A DNA stretch of 56,832 bases, filler included, from Dugesia japonica (lineage: Eukaryota): the NCBI GenBank assembly GCA_001938525.1. It is 6 parts of 6 records of this genome, joined end to end, with 100 filler letters (N's around TTAATTAATTAA, not from the genome) between each part and the next. Parts side by side here need not be neighbours in the genome. Positions count along the whole stretch, not along the records: positions 38,494 to 47,905 come from MQRL01629281.1; positions 48,006 to 56,832 come from MQRL01596182.1; 4 more parts are not named here. One strand, 5' to 3'. Below the pieces are notes generated by a model, which had not been told where the DNA came from, ran no database searches, and saw only the letters and a list, made by a program, of their open reading frames with translations. The position numbers were made by a program, and so were the translations under genes. Shown one piece after another: positions 39,727 to 50,401 of the stretch (position 1 is the first letter of the stretch; every line of letters starts with the position of its first letter).

Positions 39727-41357
39727 CTAAGGGCTGTTTTTTCGCCAGCCGCACTTTTCTTCATCTAACTCAGGTGGAACCCCAACACTTCTTAACCCGA
39801 TAAATAAATGGCGGGGAATATTTTGCATGATATCGAAGACAAGGGTTGTTATTACCGGTTCGATTGCTACATTCAATTGAATTTTCGATTGACAGTTTTC
39901 AGTAGTAATATTTGTACAGGTTACTTTGGTAGCTGAGTGATATATTTTAACAGCTGGATTTTGTTTTCTTATTCGGTCCGTTAACTCTTGGCTTATGACA
40001 TAAAGGTCAGCACTTGTATCGAACATAATTTTGATTGTTAAACCTGCTCCTTGACATTCTACAATCAGTTTGTTTCTTTCTTTTTCTGGTCTGGAGTAAG
40101 AGATGACTATTGATTCGTATCTTTTTAACTTTTGTTTTGATTTTGCTGCTTGGCCGTATATGAAGTTCACGTATTTTTTCTTCTATTGAAGGTTTTAGAT
40201 TTTTTATAATCTCTTTCAATTTTTCTTTATTCCATTTTTTCTGTAACACTAATTGGTTTGTTTGAGTCTCTTGGTTGTCCTCTCGTTCTGTTATACTGAT
40301 TGAATTATATTCACATTTTTCCTCATTATTTTTGCTATAGAACATTAATTTATTGTTTTCTTGGAAAAATCAGGCTATATGACCTCTTCGCCCACATTCA
40401 AAACATTGTTTATTTCAGCAAAATTGCGCGATGTGTCCTTCTTTTCCACACTTGAAACATTTCTTATTGATTTTTTTCTCTTTTCTATGGGTTATATGTT
40501 GGTTTTTTTTCTTGTTTTGATTTGTTGTTTGGATAAGCCCTTTTAGGGTTTTCAGTTACTTTCAATTCTTCTATTTCTCTCCTGAGTTTCTCTATTTCTA
40601 ATTTTAAGGCTTTAGCCGTGATTTTTTGTATCTCTTATTGAAAATTAAATTTTCTTCTTTGTCATTAGGTTTCTCATCTTTAATAGTTTCCACAGCCTTA
40701 TCTAGCGTTTTAGGTTTAAACAGTTCTAATACTATCGCCATTCACCCGTTAATCAACTCATTCACAAATGCTTTTACTAGGATTTATTCCTTCATTTCAT
40801 TAATGTTAAGACATTGCATTCTCAGCTTCTTGGCGTAATACGTTAAAAATTCGCTATTTTTCTGTCTTATCTCAAAGACGGTCATTTTCAAGCTTATCTT
40901 TGTCTTTTTGACTTCGCATAAGTTTATTAAAAATTCTTCGTAGCTTTCCATGGTTTCTTTAGATTCGCCAAATTTTTGATTGCATCTAATTTCTCTTAAA
41001 AGATCCTCGTCATAGGATTTTAAGAAAATTGCCTTCTTCTCACTTTCGATGATGCCAGAATCATCAGATGGTTTCACGAATTCTTCCACGGCATTTGGGT
41101 GTTTTTTGATCGTTGTAGGGCTCTCCCTATTTTTCTAGAGGATGAATAGTTTAGAATCCTGTTCATTAAATATGAACTTTTGTAGGATTGCGTGCTGCTC
41201 ATGTAACGCCATATTAGATTCTAAACTCGATTTTATTAAAAGATACGTTTAATAGATAAGTAAAAATATATATTTCATAACAAACTTTGTTTTAATATTT
41301 TTGGTTTTTTAGTTTTTTAATTTCAATATAAATTGAAATTAATTTCACTTTATATCA
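39727..41357 (-). mobile_element. Ty3/Gypsy-like LTR element: putative 5' LTR (41357-41212), PBS, gag, aspartic protease; RT/RH/IN deleted
   Basis: TG...CTAATA followed by TGGCG (PBS-like). Gag segment FEIRQKNSEFLTYYAKKLR and protease IKIMFDTSADLYVIS. Interrupts the Polinton protease gene. Confidence 0.7.
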
Positions 41358-41556
41358 TAATCGAATACCGGTATATTTTCTGGCTTATTGTACATTGCTA
41401 ACCAATGTTCTCCAACGAGATTTGATGATTGAGTATGGATGATTATGACCTTATTAACTCGAAAAAATAGTAGCTTGTTCAATGGATAGACATAAACAAA
41501 CTCGGATCCAAACTATTTTGTAGCAATTTTATTTATCTGAATTGAACTACTAAAGT
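41358..41556 (-). pseudogene. Adenain-like cysteine protease of Polinton/Maverick (N-terminal part)
   Basis: SSIQINKI...FVYVYPLNKL...IIIHTQSSNLVGEHWLAMYNKPENIPVFD matches NTxxSxxPGEHWVA...FDS. Confidence 0.8.
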
Positions 41557-41619
41557 AATATCAAAGAATAATCAAAACTTACTTCATTTTGGAAAACTAC
41601 TTTCATGATATTGAAATTG

Positions 41620-42400
41620 TTTTCATTAGTATTACTGTCTCATGTAATTTGAATTTCACTTTAGAATACTCCATAAACTTTTATATTTGCTGGTGTAATC
41701 AAAGCACTTCCAAACCTGATATCCAATCTTATCTTTCTTTGTTAAGGCAATTGACTCTGATTAATATCAAAATCCAGAGCAAGTACAAAGGTAAAGAATG
41801 GATATTTGTTTTTAAATTCCTCTAAAGTTATTCCACAATTCATATTCTTGTTCAGATATACCATATTTATTATTACTGATTGCATGTATGATGTGCTATA
41901 ATTATCATTTTCAAAGTCTTGGGTATATGTTACTCGAAAATCACCGTTTTTCGATAGAGTTAATGATTTGACATTGAAATTATCAAAATTTGATGTTTTA
42001 AAGTGTCTATTATATCTATCTCGTCTTTGAAATGTACCAAAAATAAGTTGGGCAATTGACAATTTCTAAAGATTTGCTACTTAAAAAAGATTGCACTATC
42101 TTTACTGATTGCATTAGCTACAATTTCCTTGGTCCTTATTGGATGCATTGCATTTTTGCTTCTTTTATCCGATTTGATGACCTGTTAGTACTGATGATTC
42201 AACTCAAACGTTTCTAACGATTAATTTTGCATCAAGCAATACAAATTTAGATTCTTCAGTTGACGTTTCTAAACCCATTCTATTGGCTGCTCTCTTCATT
42301 CGAATGTGAAAATTGACACCTGGAATAAGATATTTTGGTTGATCCGTGAAATTCAGTTGCAAAGAATTAGATAATGACAAGGCTTTGATGATTTAGTTGA
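41620..42400 (-). pseudogene. Polinton/adintovirus major capsid protein (C-terminal part)
   Basis: LQLNFTDQPKYLIPGVNFHIRMKR..KFVLLDAKLIVRNV.VESSVLTGH..HPI..; FDNFNVKSLTLSKNG..DFENDNYSTSY..GITLEEFKNKYPFFTFVL..IRLDIRFGSAL...IKVY. Confidence 0.8.
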
Positions 42401-42429
42401 CTTTGTTTATACACGATATGAAAATTGCC

Positions 42430-43000
42430 AATTGAATTTCCAGCAATTATTTGGACAACTTTATCACCTTCATACTTTTCTAGTTATATAGATTTCAATA
42501 GAGGAATACTAACATCGCCAACAATAACAGGTTCAGCAATGCTACTATAGATGAATATTTGCTAACGATGGTTCAACCACTTAGGTTTTTTGGGTGCAGT
42601 GAATTCAATAGCTTCTTGAGTTTCAATTATACCGCCTCTGAAATATGTTTGTTTGACTAATACAAGTGTTTTGTTAGGATTCCATCAAATTTAACACTTT
42701 TAACATTATTTAACAGCAAAAATCTGAATGGTTCATCCATTTTTAGATAAAGAGTTTTAAATATATTAAAGTAATTTTCCGCAAAATATTTATTTAACTG
42801 GTCCATTTCTATAATGTACAAATCATCTTTAAACTTAATTACATTGACAGTTTCTATCGAATAAAATAACTTTAATTTTATAGTTTCTAACGAATCATCA
42901 TTTTTAAACGTCTGAAAGAAAATAAACGTGAATGTAAATTCAATGTCGTTATTTACATGGTCAAAGCCAACTCGTTTTGCTTCTTCAAGTTTTCAAATTT
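42430..43000 (-). pseudogene. Polinton/adintovirus minor capsid (penton) remnant
   Basis: IFIYSSIAEPVIVGDVSIPLLKSI matches the conserved YxDIVEPQxVGDxxxPLLRxV motif; located immediately upstream of the major capsid remnant. Confidence 0.75.
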
Positions 43001-43017
43001 TAAATCATAATCATGAT

Positions 43018-44619
43018 TATTAGATAAATTCAAAACCTCACAACTCTCTGTAAGTTTTTATTTATTATGACAAGTTTTTTGATTAAAGCTAAAATGATGA
43101 AGAACAATCCATAGTATTCAAACAAATAATCTGAGAAGTTTTTAATAAAATATTTTAAAAATAAGTAAATGGTTACCTTGCCTAAATTCCATAACCATAT
43201 CTAGGCTACTTAGAAAATGCATCCAAGTCTGAAATTGCGGAGTAATTGGCTTCTTTGTCTTTTTCATAACAAACTTGTAAACCTTTTCTTTTACATCATT
43301 GTAATCCTCTTCTCGTTTATCTACGTTTTTTTATTTGTATAATTATTGATACTACTTTTACTATAATTAACAATACTGCAATTTTTTGAGATACTTAACT
43401 CAACGCTTCAACAATCTAGACTTCGATCGGAGCTTGACTATTTGGGTATTCATCTTGATAAATATTTGACCCTTCATTACAATAGTGACATATGGCTTCT
43501 CTACATGCACAATTTTTCCTATTTTCTTCAATTGAATTAACGTGACTTCCATTCCTTCTTGTGGAATTATTCGTATTGTTCGAATAATATCTTTGTTTAC
43601 CATTTCCGAATACTTTTCGGGTCTGTTCACTTTTGTTTTGATAACTAAACTTACTATTCATATTTGTGTAACAGTCTTCTGTGAGGTGTGCTTTCTTGTT
43701 TCATCTTGAGCAACTAACTTTGGTATAGTTTCTTCTTAAGTGTTGTTCAGATCCACAAGCATAGCACTTTTTTTTCTTTCTTGACAAGTTCTGCTTACAT
43801 AACCTATTTTGTTACAGATCAAACATGTGATTTATCGTATTTCGTTGTTTCTGTTCTGCTTTATTCTTTCATTACGACTCTTGTTGAAATTTCTTTGTTC
43901 TGGACCTCTGCGGGCTGTATCTTTGTAGTTAAGAACTACATTTATTCTTCAGTTTTTACTTCGTGTTTTGTGTCTTCCCACTCTTATATTGTTTTAAATA
44001 CATCTTCTAGATTTTCTATTTTTCCTGATTCGATCATATGTTTATTCTTTCTGTCATTGCAACTATTCATTATTAGCTACTTTGTTATGTCATCTTTGTT
44101 CCATTTATGAGCCATTAACTTCTCTACCATTTCTTCTATCTTCTTCTTATTGATACTCACATGCTCTCCATTCCTTCGATAATTTGGGGCTTTCTCCATA
44201 TCTTTAAAGATTATTGATGGTCTAAAGAAAGCCTTTCTGAATCTTTCTTCAAATCCCAATGATTCGTCTTCATTTTCAAAGATTTTACGTAGTTCTTTAT
44301 CTATAAAAGCAACTACAAACAAACTTCTATGGCCTTTCTTTATTTCGGCTATATAAAAACATTTCGCTGTCTTTAGAATACATTTTTCGACATCATCGCC
44401 TATTTTGAAAATTCATGGGTGCATTGCTTTTTTTTATAAAATCCAATGATGCGTTGGTCGCATATTAGTTAAATTCAAAACTTCACAACTATCCATAAGT
44501 TTTTATTTATTATCACACGTTTTTGGATTAAAGTAAAAAGGATGAAGAACAATCCATAGTATTCAAACAAATAATCTGAGAAATTTTTAATAAAATATTT
44601 TAAAAGTCTCTTAAGTACA
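43018..44619 (-). mobile_element. Gag-only LTR retroelement with about 150-bp direct repeats, nested in the Polinton
   Basis: Direct repeats 43018-43169 and 44463-44619 share GATGAAGAACAATCCATAGTATTCAAACAAATAATCTGAGAA. Degenerate PBS TGCGACCA. Gag with knuckle remnants CYACGSEQH and HLTEDC. Confidence 0.75.
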
Positions 44620-44659
44620 TTTTTTACAATAATATTTGAAAGTAAAATTTAATATAATA

Positions 44660-45937
44660 CAGGGTGTTCCAATTTAAGGTTACGTTTTAAATTTAATTCC
44701 ATTTATTTCTGTTTTGTTTTATTAAATCAATAATTGTTGAATAAGCAATAGTAATTCATGCGGTTTTTAAAAATCAATCGTTATATCATTGAACAAAGAG
44801 TATTTATGGTAAAAATTATTTTAAATACGACGAAAATTATGCCGAAGTTCGCAGTTTGAATAGGGAAAAAGAAAGTTGTCCGTCACATGTGACAATTCAA
44901 AAAGTTATAAAATGTGGCTCGATAAAAGATGAACGACGCCAAGAATATCATAAANNNNNNNNNNNNNNNNNNNNNNNNNNNNNNNNNNNNNNNNNNNNNN
45001 NNNNNNNNNNNNNNNNNNNNNNNNNNNNNNNNNNNNNNNNACAACTATCCATTCCAAGAACGACGTTATTCAGAATTTTGCATGAGGATCTTTATTTTAA
45101 GGCATTCAAGATTCCAATAACTCAACAAATAAAGCCGGTAGACTTTGAAATACGCCGTAAATTCAGTAAATTGAAAATATGCATGAAAATGAAACATTTN
45201 TCCAAAAAGTGATCTTTAGCGACGAAGCATATTTTGAACTAGGAGGATTTGTGAACACACAGAATTGTAGAATTTGGGGTAATGAAAACCCACATGAATC
45301 ACTACAAAAGCAATTCCATTCACCAAAGGTAAATGTTTGGTGTAGTTTTTGGGCGAGTGGTGTTATCGGTCCTAATTTTTTGAGAATGAAGCTTAGAATT
45401 CTGTAACAGTTACCGGAGCTCGATATCGAAATGTGACTGGAAAAGTTTTGTTTCATAAATTGAAAGGTATGGATACCCAGAACATGTGGTTTCAGCAGNA
45501 TGGTGCCACATCTCATACGGCAAAAGAAACAATTACCCTTTTAAGAAAACGATTTGGTGAAAGATTAATTTCTCGAAATGCAAACATCAATTGGCTACCC
45601 AGATCCTGCGATTTAACGCCTCTAGACTTTTTCTTTTGAGGTTATGTAAAGGAAAAGGTGTATATTAGTGATCCTCAAACAATTGTTGATCTTAAGGAGA
45701 ACATCATCTGTGAAATTGGTGAAATTAAGCTCTAGTTGTGCCAAAATGTCGTAGAAAAATTTTGTAATAGAATGGGTTCTTACTATGCAGCAGCAGGAGG
45801 TCACTTGCATGACATTATTTTTCATAGTTAAACCGGAATATATGTACTATGATTGAAAATAAATATATTGCAACATATCATACTTTTAGCTTCTTTTATT
45901 GAAAATTTAAAATGTAACCTTAAATTAATACACCCTG
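44660..45937 (+). mobile_element. rosa (DD41D) Tc1/mariner transposon, full length, defective
   Basis: About 35-bp TIRs CAGGGTGT..AATTTAAGGTTAC.TTTTAAATTT with TA flanks. VIFSDEAYF and WFQQxGATSH...WLPRSCDLTPLD, with 41 residues between the second (N-masked) and third acidic positions. Confidence 0.93.
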
Positions 45938-45989
45938 TATATATAAAAATTAAAAAATTTCACAGATATTTAAAATTTATTAATCATTC

Positions 45990-46416
45990 TTATAATGATG
46001 TAGTAATTTGATATGCAAGTTCCTTTTTTATATATTTTATAACATCTTCATATTCTTGACTTTAGAGTTGTAAAATTTCTTTCCCAAGTTAGTTTGTTAA
46101 TTATCAGGATGTTCATCTTCGAAACTTTACTTGATTGCAGCTTTCATTTCATTTGCTGATTTTGACTTGAATGGAACAGCTCTCGTAAATTTGCTAAATA
46201 GATCAAATAATGTATCATTTCCATCGAAAACATTTGTCATAAATCGTCAATACCAAATGTTTTATACGATCTTGTTGGAAATCTTTTCAACATTGGTTTG
46301 TTTAGACTATACAATAATTGATCCAATAGCCACTTTCGCGACTCGTCTTTTGAATTCACTCCTTTCAAACCTGCTGGATTTTTTAGGTCTCTCCAAATCG
46401 TCTTGGTTTTGGCCAT
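45990..46416 (-). pseudogene. Polinton retroviral-like integrase, N-terminal half
   Basis: WRDLKNPAGLKGV..KWLLDQLLYSLNKPMLKRFPTRSYKTFGIDDL*QM..FDLFSKFTRAVPFKSKSANEM..QTNLGKKFYN. Confidence 0.88.
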
Positions 46417-46504
46417 TACAACAATTTGATGCAAATCTTAGATTAATTCTTGGTAATGATTCTAAATTTCACATTGTTTTATATCACATTGAATATGTAT
46501 TGTT

Positions 46505-46825
46505 TTATGCAAAATTTGCTAGACCTAATATTGCTAATGCAATAGGTAGTAATGCGGCGATAAAACCACCATGTTGTTTGTACAATATTTTCTTCATTAA
46601 TTTCTTATTCTTGGTATGCACAAGCGATAGCAATGACTTTTTATGTTTTTCTAATGTTTGTTTTCTAACTTTACTTATAACTACATTACCACGAACTATG
46701 TTTACAATAATTTCTAATAAATCATCAACAACAAATGATGGAAATGATTGCAACATTTTTGATCTAGACTCTTTTGGAGCCTTGAGTAATATATTAAAAT
46801 ATGGAAGACTTTGTTGATATTTCAT
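46505..46825 (-). CDS. Small basic Polinton/adintovirus virion protein (adenovirus pX-like C-terminus), intact ORF
   Basis: 106 aa; EIIVNIVRGNV and KKILYKQHGG/FIAALLPIALAIL (GG protease-site-like motif followed by a hydrophobic helix). Lies between the ATPase and the integrase. Confidence 0.75.
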   Translation of the reverse strand: MKYQQSLPYFNILLKAPKESRSKMLQSFPSFVVDDLLEIIVNIVRGNVVISKVRKQTLEKHKKSLLSLVHTKNKKLMKKILYKQHGGFIAALLPIALAILGLANFA

Positions 46826-47115
46826 AACTTTCTATTAAAAACACACACACACACAAAGTTATTTGTTTATAACTTTATCCATTTTCCATTTACATTTGAT
46901 AACTTATTTCCAAAGTGTTTTGCTAATTTCTTAAACTGATTTAACGGCTTTGATTGTTCTTCTTTGTTGACTTATTTTTAATAACAATCTCTGTTGTCTT
47001 CTTTATTGCTTTGATATCTTTTGTAATGTTATCTTGTTTAATTTTTTTATTCTTGAGTTAATTAACTATAACTTTAATAAATTTTGCAATTTGTAAATAA
47101 AATAAAAAATTACAT

Positions 47116-47711
47116 TTATTGTTTATATGCGGTAACACTGTTTGGATTGAAAAAATCAGTTCTCATTCTAGGTTGATCTGAACATTGTTGTACAAAGTCC
47201 GTAAGAGATATCCATATGGATTTACTGTTGCGTATTTGAATGAATCCAAAAGAAATTGTCTATTGTTTGTACATGCCAGAAAATCAAAAACTGTTTGCTC
47301 TCTTGGATTTTTAAATAAAACCAAATATTGTACATTTAAATTACGAGTTTAATGCCCACCTTCTTGATGTAATAGATTCTGAGTAATAAATATTACAGTC
47401 ACAATACAGTGTCTTGATATCTTGATGAATAGATTGTTAAAGTCATTTTCCTTGTTTTTTTATTGGTATAAATCATCAACAACAATCATATCACATTTAG
47501 ACAATCTCTTGCTCCGGTTTTCATCTAAACCATTTATAATTTTCATGTTTTTATCACAGAATTCGGATTGAGTTAATACATGATCCTCATCAGCTTCTCT
47601 ATACCAATATATATTGTTTAATTTTGATTTTAATAGTTTATACACAAAAAGAGTTTTTCCACTTTCATTTGGACCGACAATTTGATAAACGGCATCATTT
47701 CTTAATTCCAT
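47116..47711 (-). pseudogene. Polinton packaging ATPase (A32/FtsK-like)
   Basis: Walker A GPNESGKT, Walker B IVVDDL, then ISRH..TVIFITQNL, LNVQYLVLFKNPRE and ATVNPYGYLL/D..RMRTDFF. Two stops and one frameshift. Confidence 0.92.
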
Positions 47712-47905
47712 TATTGTTTGCTTTAATGTATCAATTAAATTATTGTTTATGTATATGTATATATTCTTTTTTTAAAACTTTATTGACATAATTATGATTT
47801 CAAATATTAATTACGGAGGTAAAGTTTAACAGGAAGTTACTAGAAGTTACTAGAAAACCATTACAATGCAAAACATGAACAAAGAAGATGACTCATACAT
47901 ATTTT

Positions 47906-48005
47906 NNNNNNNNNNNNNNNNNNNNNNNNNNNNNNNNNNNNNNNNNNNNTTAATTAATTAANNNNNNNNNNNNNNNNNNNNNNNNNNNNNNNNNNNNNNN
48001 NNNNN
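47906..48005. other. Artificial contig linker
   Basis: 44N-TTAATTAATTAA-44N. Confidence 0.98.
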
Positions 48006-48302
48006 TAATGAAATTTAATTTAAAAAATGAAAAAAACCGGAAAGAATATCTCAATAATTCCTCAAAAATAAAAATATGATGAAATATAATTTATCAAATA
48101 ATTCATTTGGAGCCTCTAAAGTCGTAGCTCTTGGTACAAACACTCCATCCGCTTCTCCATTAGCTACGGCATTGCATATGTTTGAAAACTTATTGATTAA
48201 ACCGGTATTCATTTCCGTTAAATATCAATTCACGAATATTACATAAACATTACGCAATATGTGGATATTTAAACTTTAAAAAACTAAAAAATTATATTAA
48301 TA

Positions 48303-48998
48303 ATGCAATTAGCAGAAAATTCAGGAAATTCAATCGAAAATTGTAACCTTTGCAACAAGTTAGCTACATCTCATTTATTATATTTAAATTGTCCACATGG
48401 ATACCATCATACTTGTCTATTCAATTATTTTATTCGAACTGGTAATTCATGCTGCCGAATTTGTTTAATTCCGGTAAAACGTTTTTCAACTCTTCTAGAC
48501 AATTCGCTGCTATGTGGATTATATTATAAAAATGAGCCTCGGTTATTTCAAGTTGGTTATAGTTATATACGAAATCTTAACAGTGTAGGGTATGCGTGTT
48601 TAATAGGTTTGTATAGAATCCAAACACCTTTGGGATTGAAAATAAAATTAATCAACACACCATTTAAAGAATATATTTATTTGTCAAATGAAAACGATCG
48701 TTTCAATATTTCTAAAGAAGCTTTCGAAATTTTAAAGTGTAAGAAGATAGAAATCAACATTCCGTACTCAAAGAACGAAAAAGCCCCTGAAAAAATGTAT
48801 GTTGATGTATTATGTCAACATAAATTCCTTTCTCTTCTTTGTAGAATTCCAATTAAAAACGGTCTACAAATAGATAAATTTCCAATAATTGATGAAATTC
48901 AATATATTGGAAAGAGACTTAATATGTCAGATGTCGGTTTGACGAAAACTGATAAACCCAAATTGAAAATTTCTTTAAGTAATAATTTATGGGCTTAA
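48303..48998 (+). CDS. Intronless RING-H2 finger protein with unrecognised C-terminal domain, paralogue 1
   Basis: Intact 231-aa ORF. C-x2-C-x12-C-x-H-x2-H-x2-C-x12-C-x2-C. Full-length similarity to 53144-53860. Confidence 0.85.
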   Translation: MQLAENSGNSIENCNLCNKLATSHLLYLNCPHGYHHTCLFNYFIRTGNSCCRICLIPVKRFSTLLDNSLLCGLYYKNEPRLFQVGYSYIRNLNSVGYACLIGLYRIQTPLGLKIKLINTPFKEYIYLSNENDRFNISKEAFEILKCKKIEINIPYSKNEKAPEKMYVDVLCQHKFLSLLCRIPIKNGLQIDKFPIIDEIQYIGKRLNMSDVGLTKTDKPKLKISLSNNLWA

Positions 48999-49958
48999 AA
49001 TTATTTTAAATAAAATTTTTTTGATTTATTAAATTACGCATTTTAATTTTTAATTAATTTTTTGTATACTTTTCAAAGTTTATTTAATATATTTATTTGT
49101 TATATTTTTTTAATGTTAACTTTGTAATTAAATAAAACTATAACAAAAATTTCAAAAAATTTTTTTAAAATATTGTAGTGAATTTTTCTATTGAAATCAA
49201 AATGAAAATTTTATCTAAATCAATTTAATAATTGTTTTAAGTTAAATAATATTTCAAATAAAAATTATTAAAAATTTAATAAAGTTAAGTTAAAGTTAAT
49301 GAATAAAAATTCTAAAATAAAAAGTAAAAACCATGTAAATTTTGAAAAAGAATAATAATTTAATAATAAATAATATAAATAAATATTATAAAATGAAAAT
49401 ATGTGAAGTAAATCTATTTTAAAATTATCAGTGATTATTATAATTTTTATTTATGTTTATATTTGACGACGATACAAATTTTAATTACGAATATATTTGA
49501 TTTAACTCGATTTTGTTTATTAGATAATATAATTTGGATAATTCACTCTATATATTGGATTTTATAAACTTTTGAAAATTTTTAAATACTTTATTTTTGA
49601 TTTATATTTTGATTTATTATGTATTCTGACTTTTTATCACCATTTTTAAACTCTCAAAAAGCGGTCTAATACGTCTCTAGTAACAGATCCTGATAAAAAA
49701 AACGTGTAAACTATATTATTCACAGTACTTGTTTAATTGATTTAAATAAATTTTTCTAAAAAGTAATTTTTTAACAATTAAGGAATACTATATAGTGTAC
49801 TTATACATATTATTTTATTTTTACTAAACATATTAAGGACCAAGGTAACATGTATAATATTAAGTTATCAGTTGGATTTCAATCTTCTTAAAAAATCAAA
49901 CTAAACTCACGATCTTGTTGACATCCCAAAGGCATCTCAACACAATCAGTACTTATAC

Positions 49959-50401
49959 CAGTGTTTCTAAATGTGGAGCCTACGCTCCACAGGTGGGCAA
50001 TTCGATTGCTCAAGGGGCAATTGAAAAACGAATTTTTAAAGAATGCAAATTTAACCATATGGCGACTCTAATTCATGTCTCAGGCTTAGTAAACAACCCG
50101 TATGGCGTGCAAATAACCTTTAGCCGCCATTTCAGTACTTCGGTCCAATTTTACTGAATATCTTACAGCGAATGACTCATCTTATAAGAGCAATGAAAGG
50201 ACATTATGAGGTGGCCGAGATGCATTCAGATAACTTCGATTTGCGATTTGCACATTTATCTGTCACTTCATCGTTTAGTTCTATAACTGATTTGATGCTT
50301 AAAAAAAGAAATCGTCTGGAAATAACAGACCGAAGTTAACAAAATTGGAGCCTAATATAAAATCTCTTTGAAACGAGCATCAAATGCAAGGATCTCACTA
50401 A
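49959..50401 (+). mobile_element. Buster/Charlie-type hAT deletion derivative
   Basis: Terminus CAGTGTTTCTAAA. Transposase C-terminus FSSITDLMLKKRNRLEI..LTKLEPNIKSL..HQMQGSH*. Confidence 0.7.

Noticed and set aside
46131-46817. 228-aa + strand ORF
   Set aside because: Antisense shadow of the Polinton pX-like and integrase genes; no ATG start and no motifs.
47711-48998. RING gene as cargo of the adjacent Polinton
   Set aside because: An artificial linker separates them, so there is no evidence of linkage.
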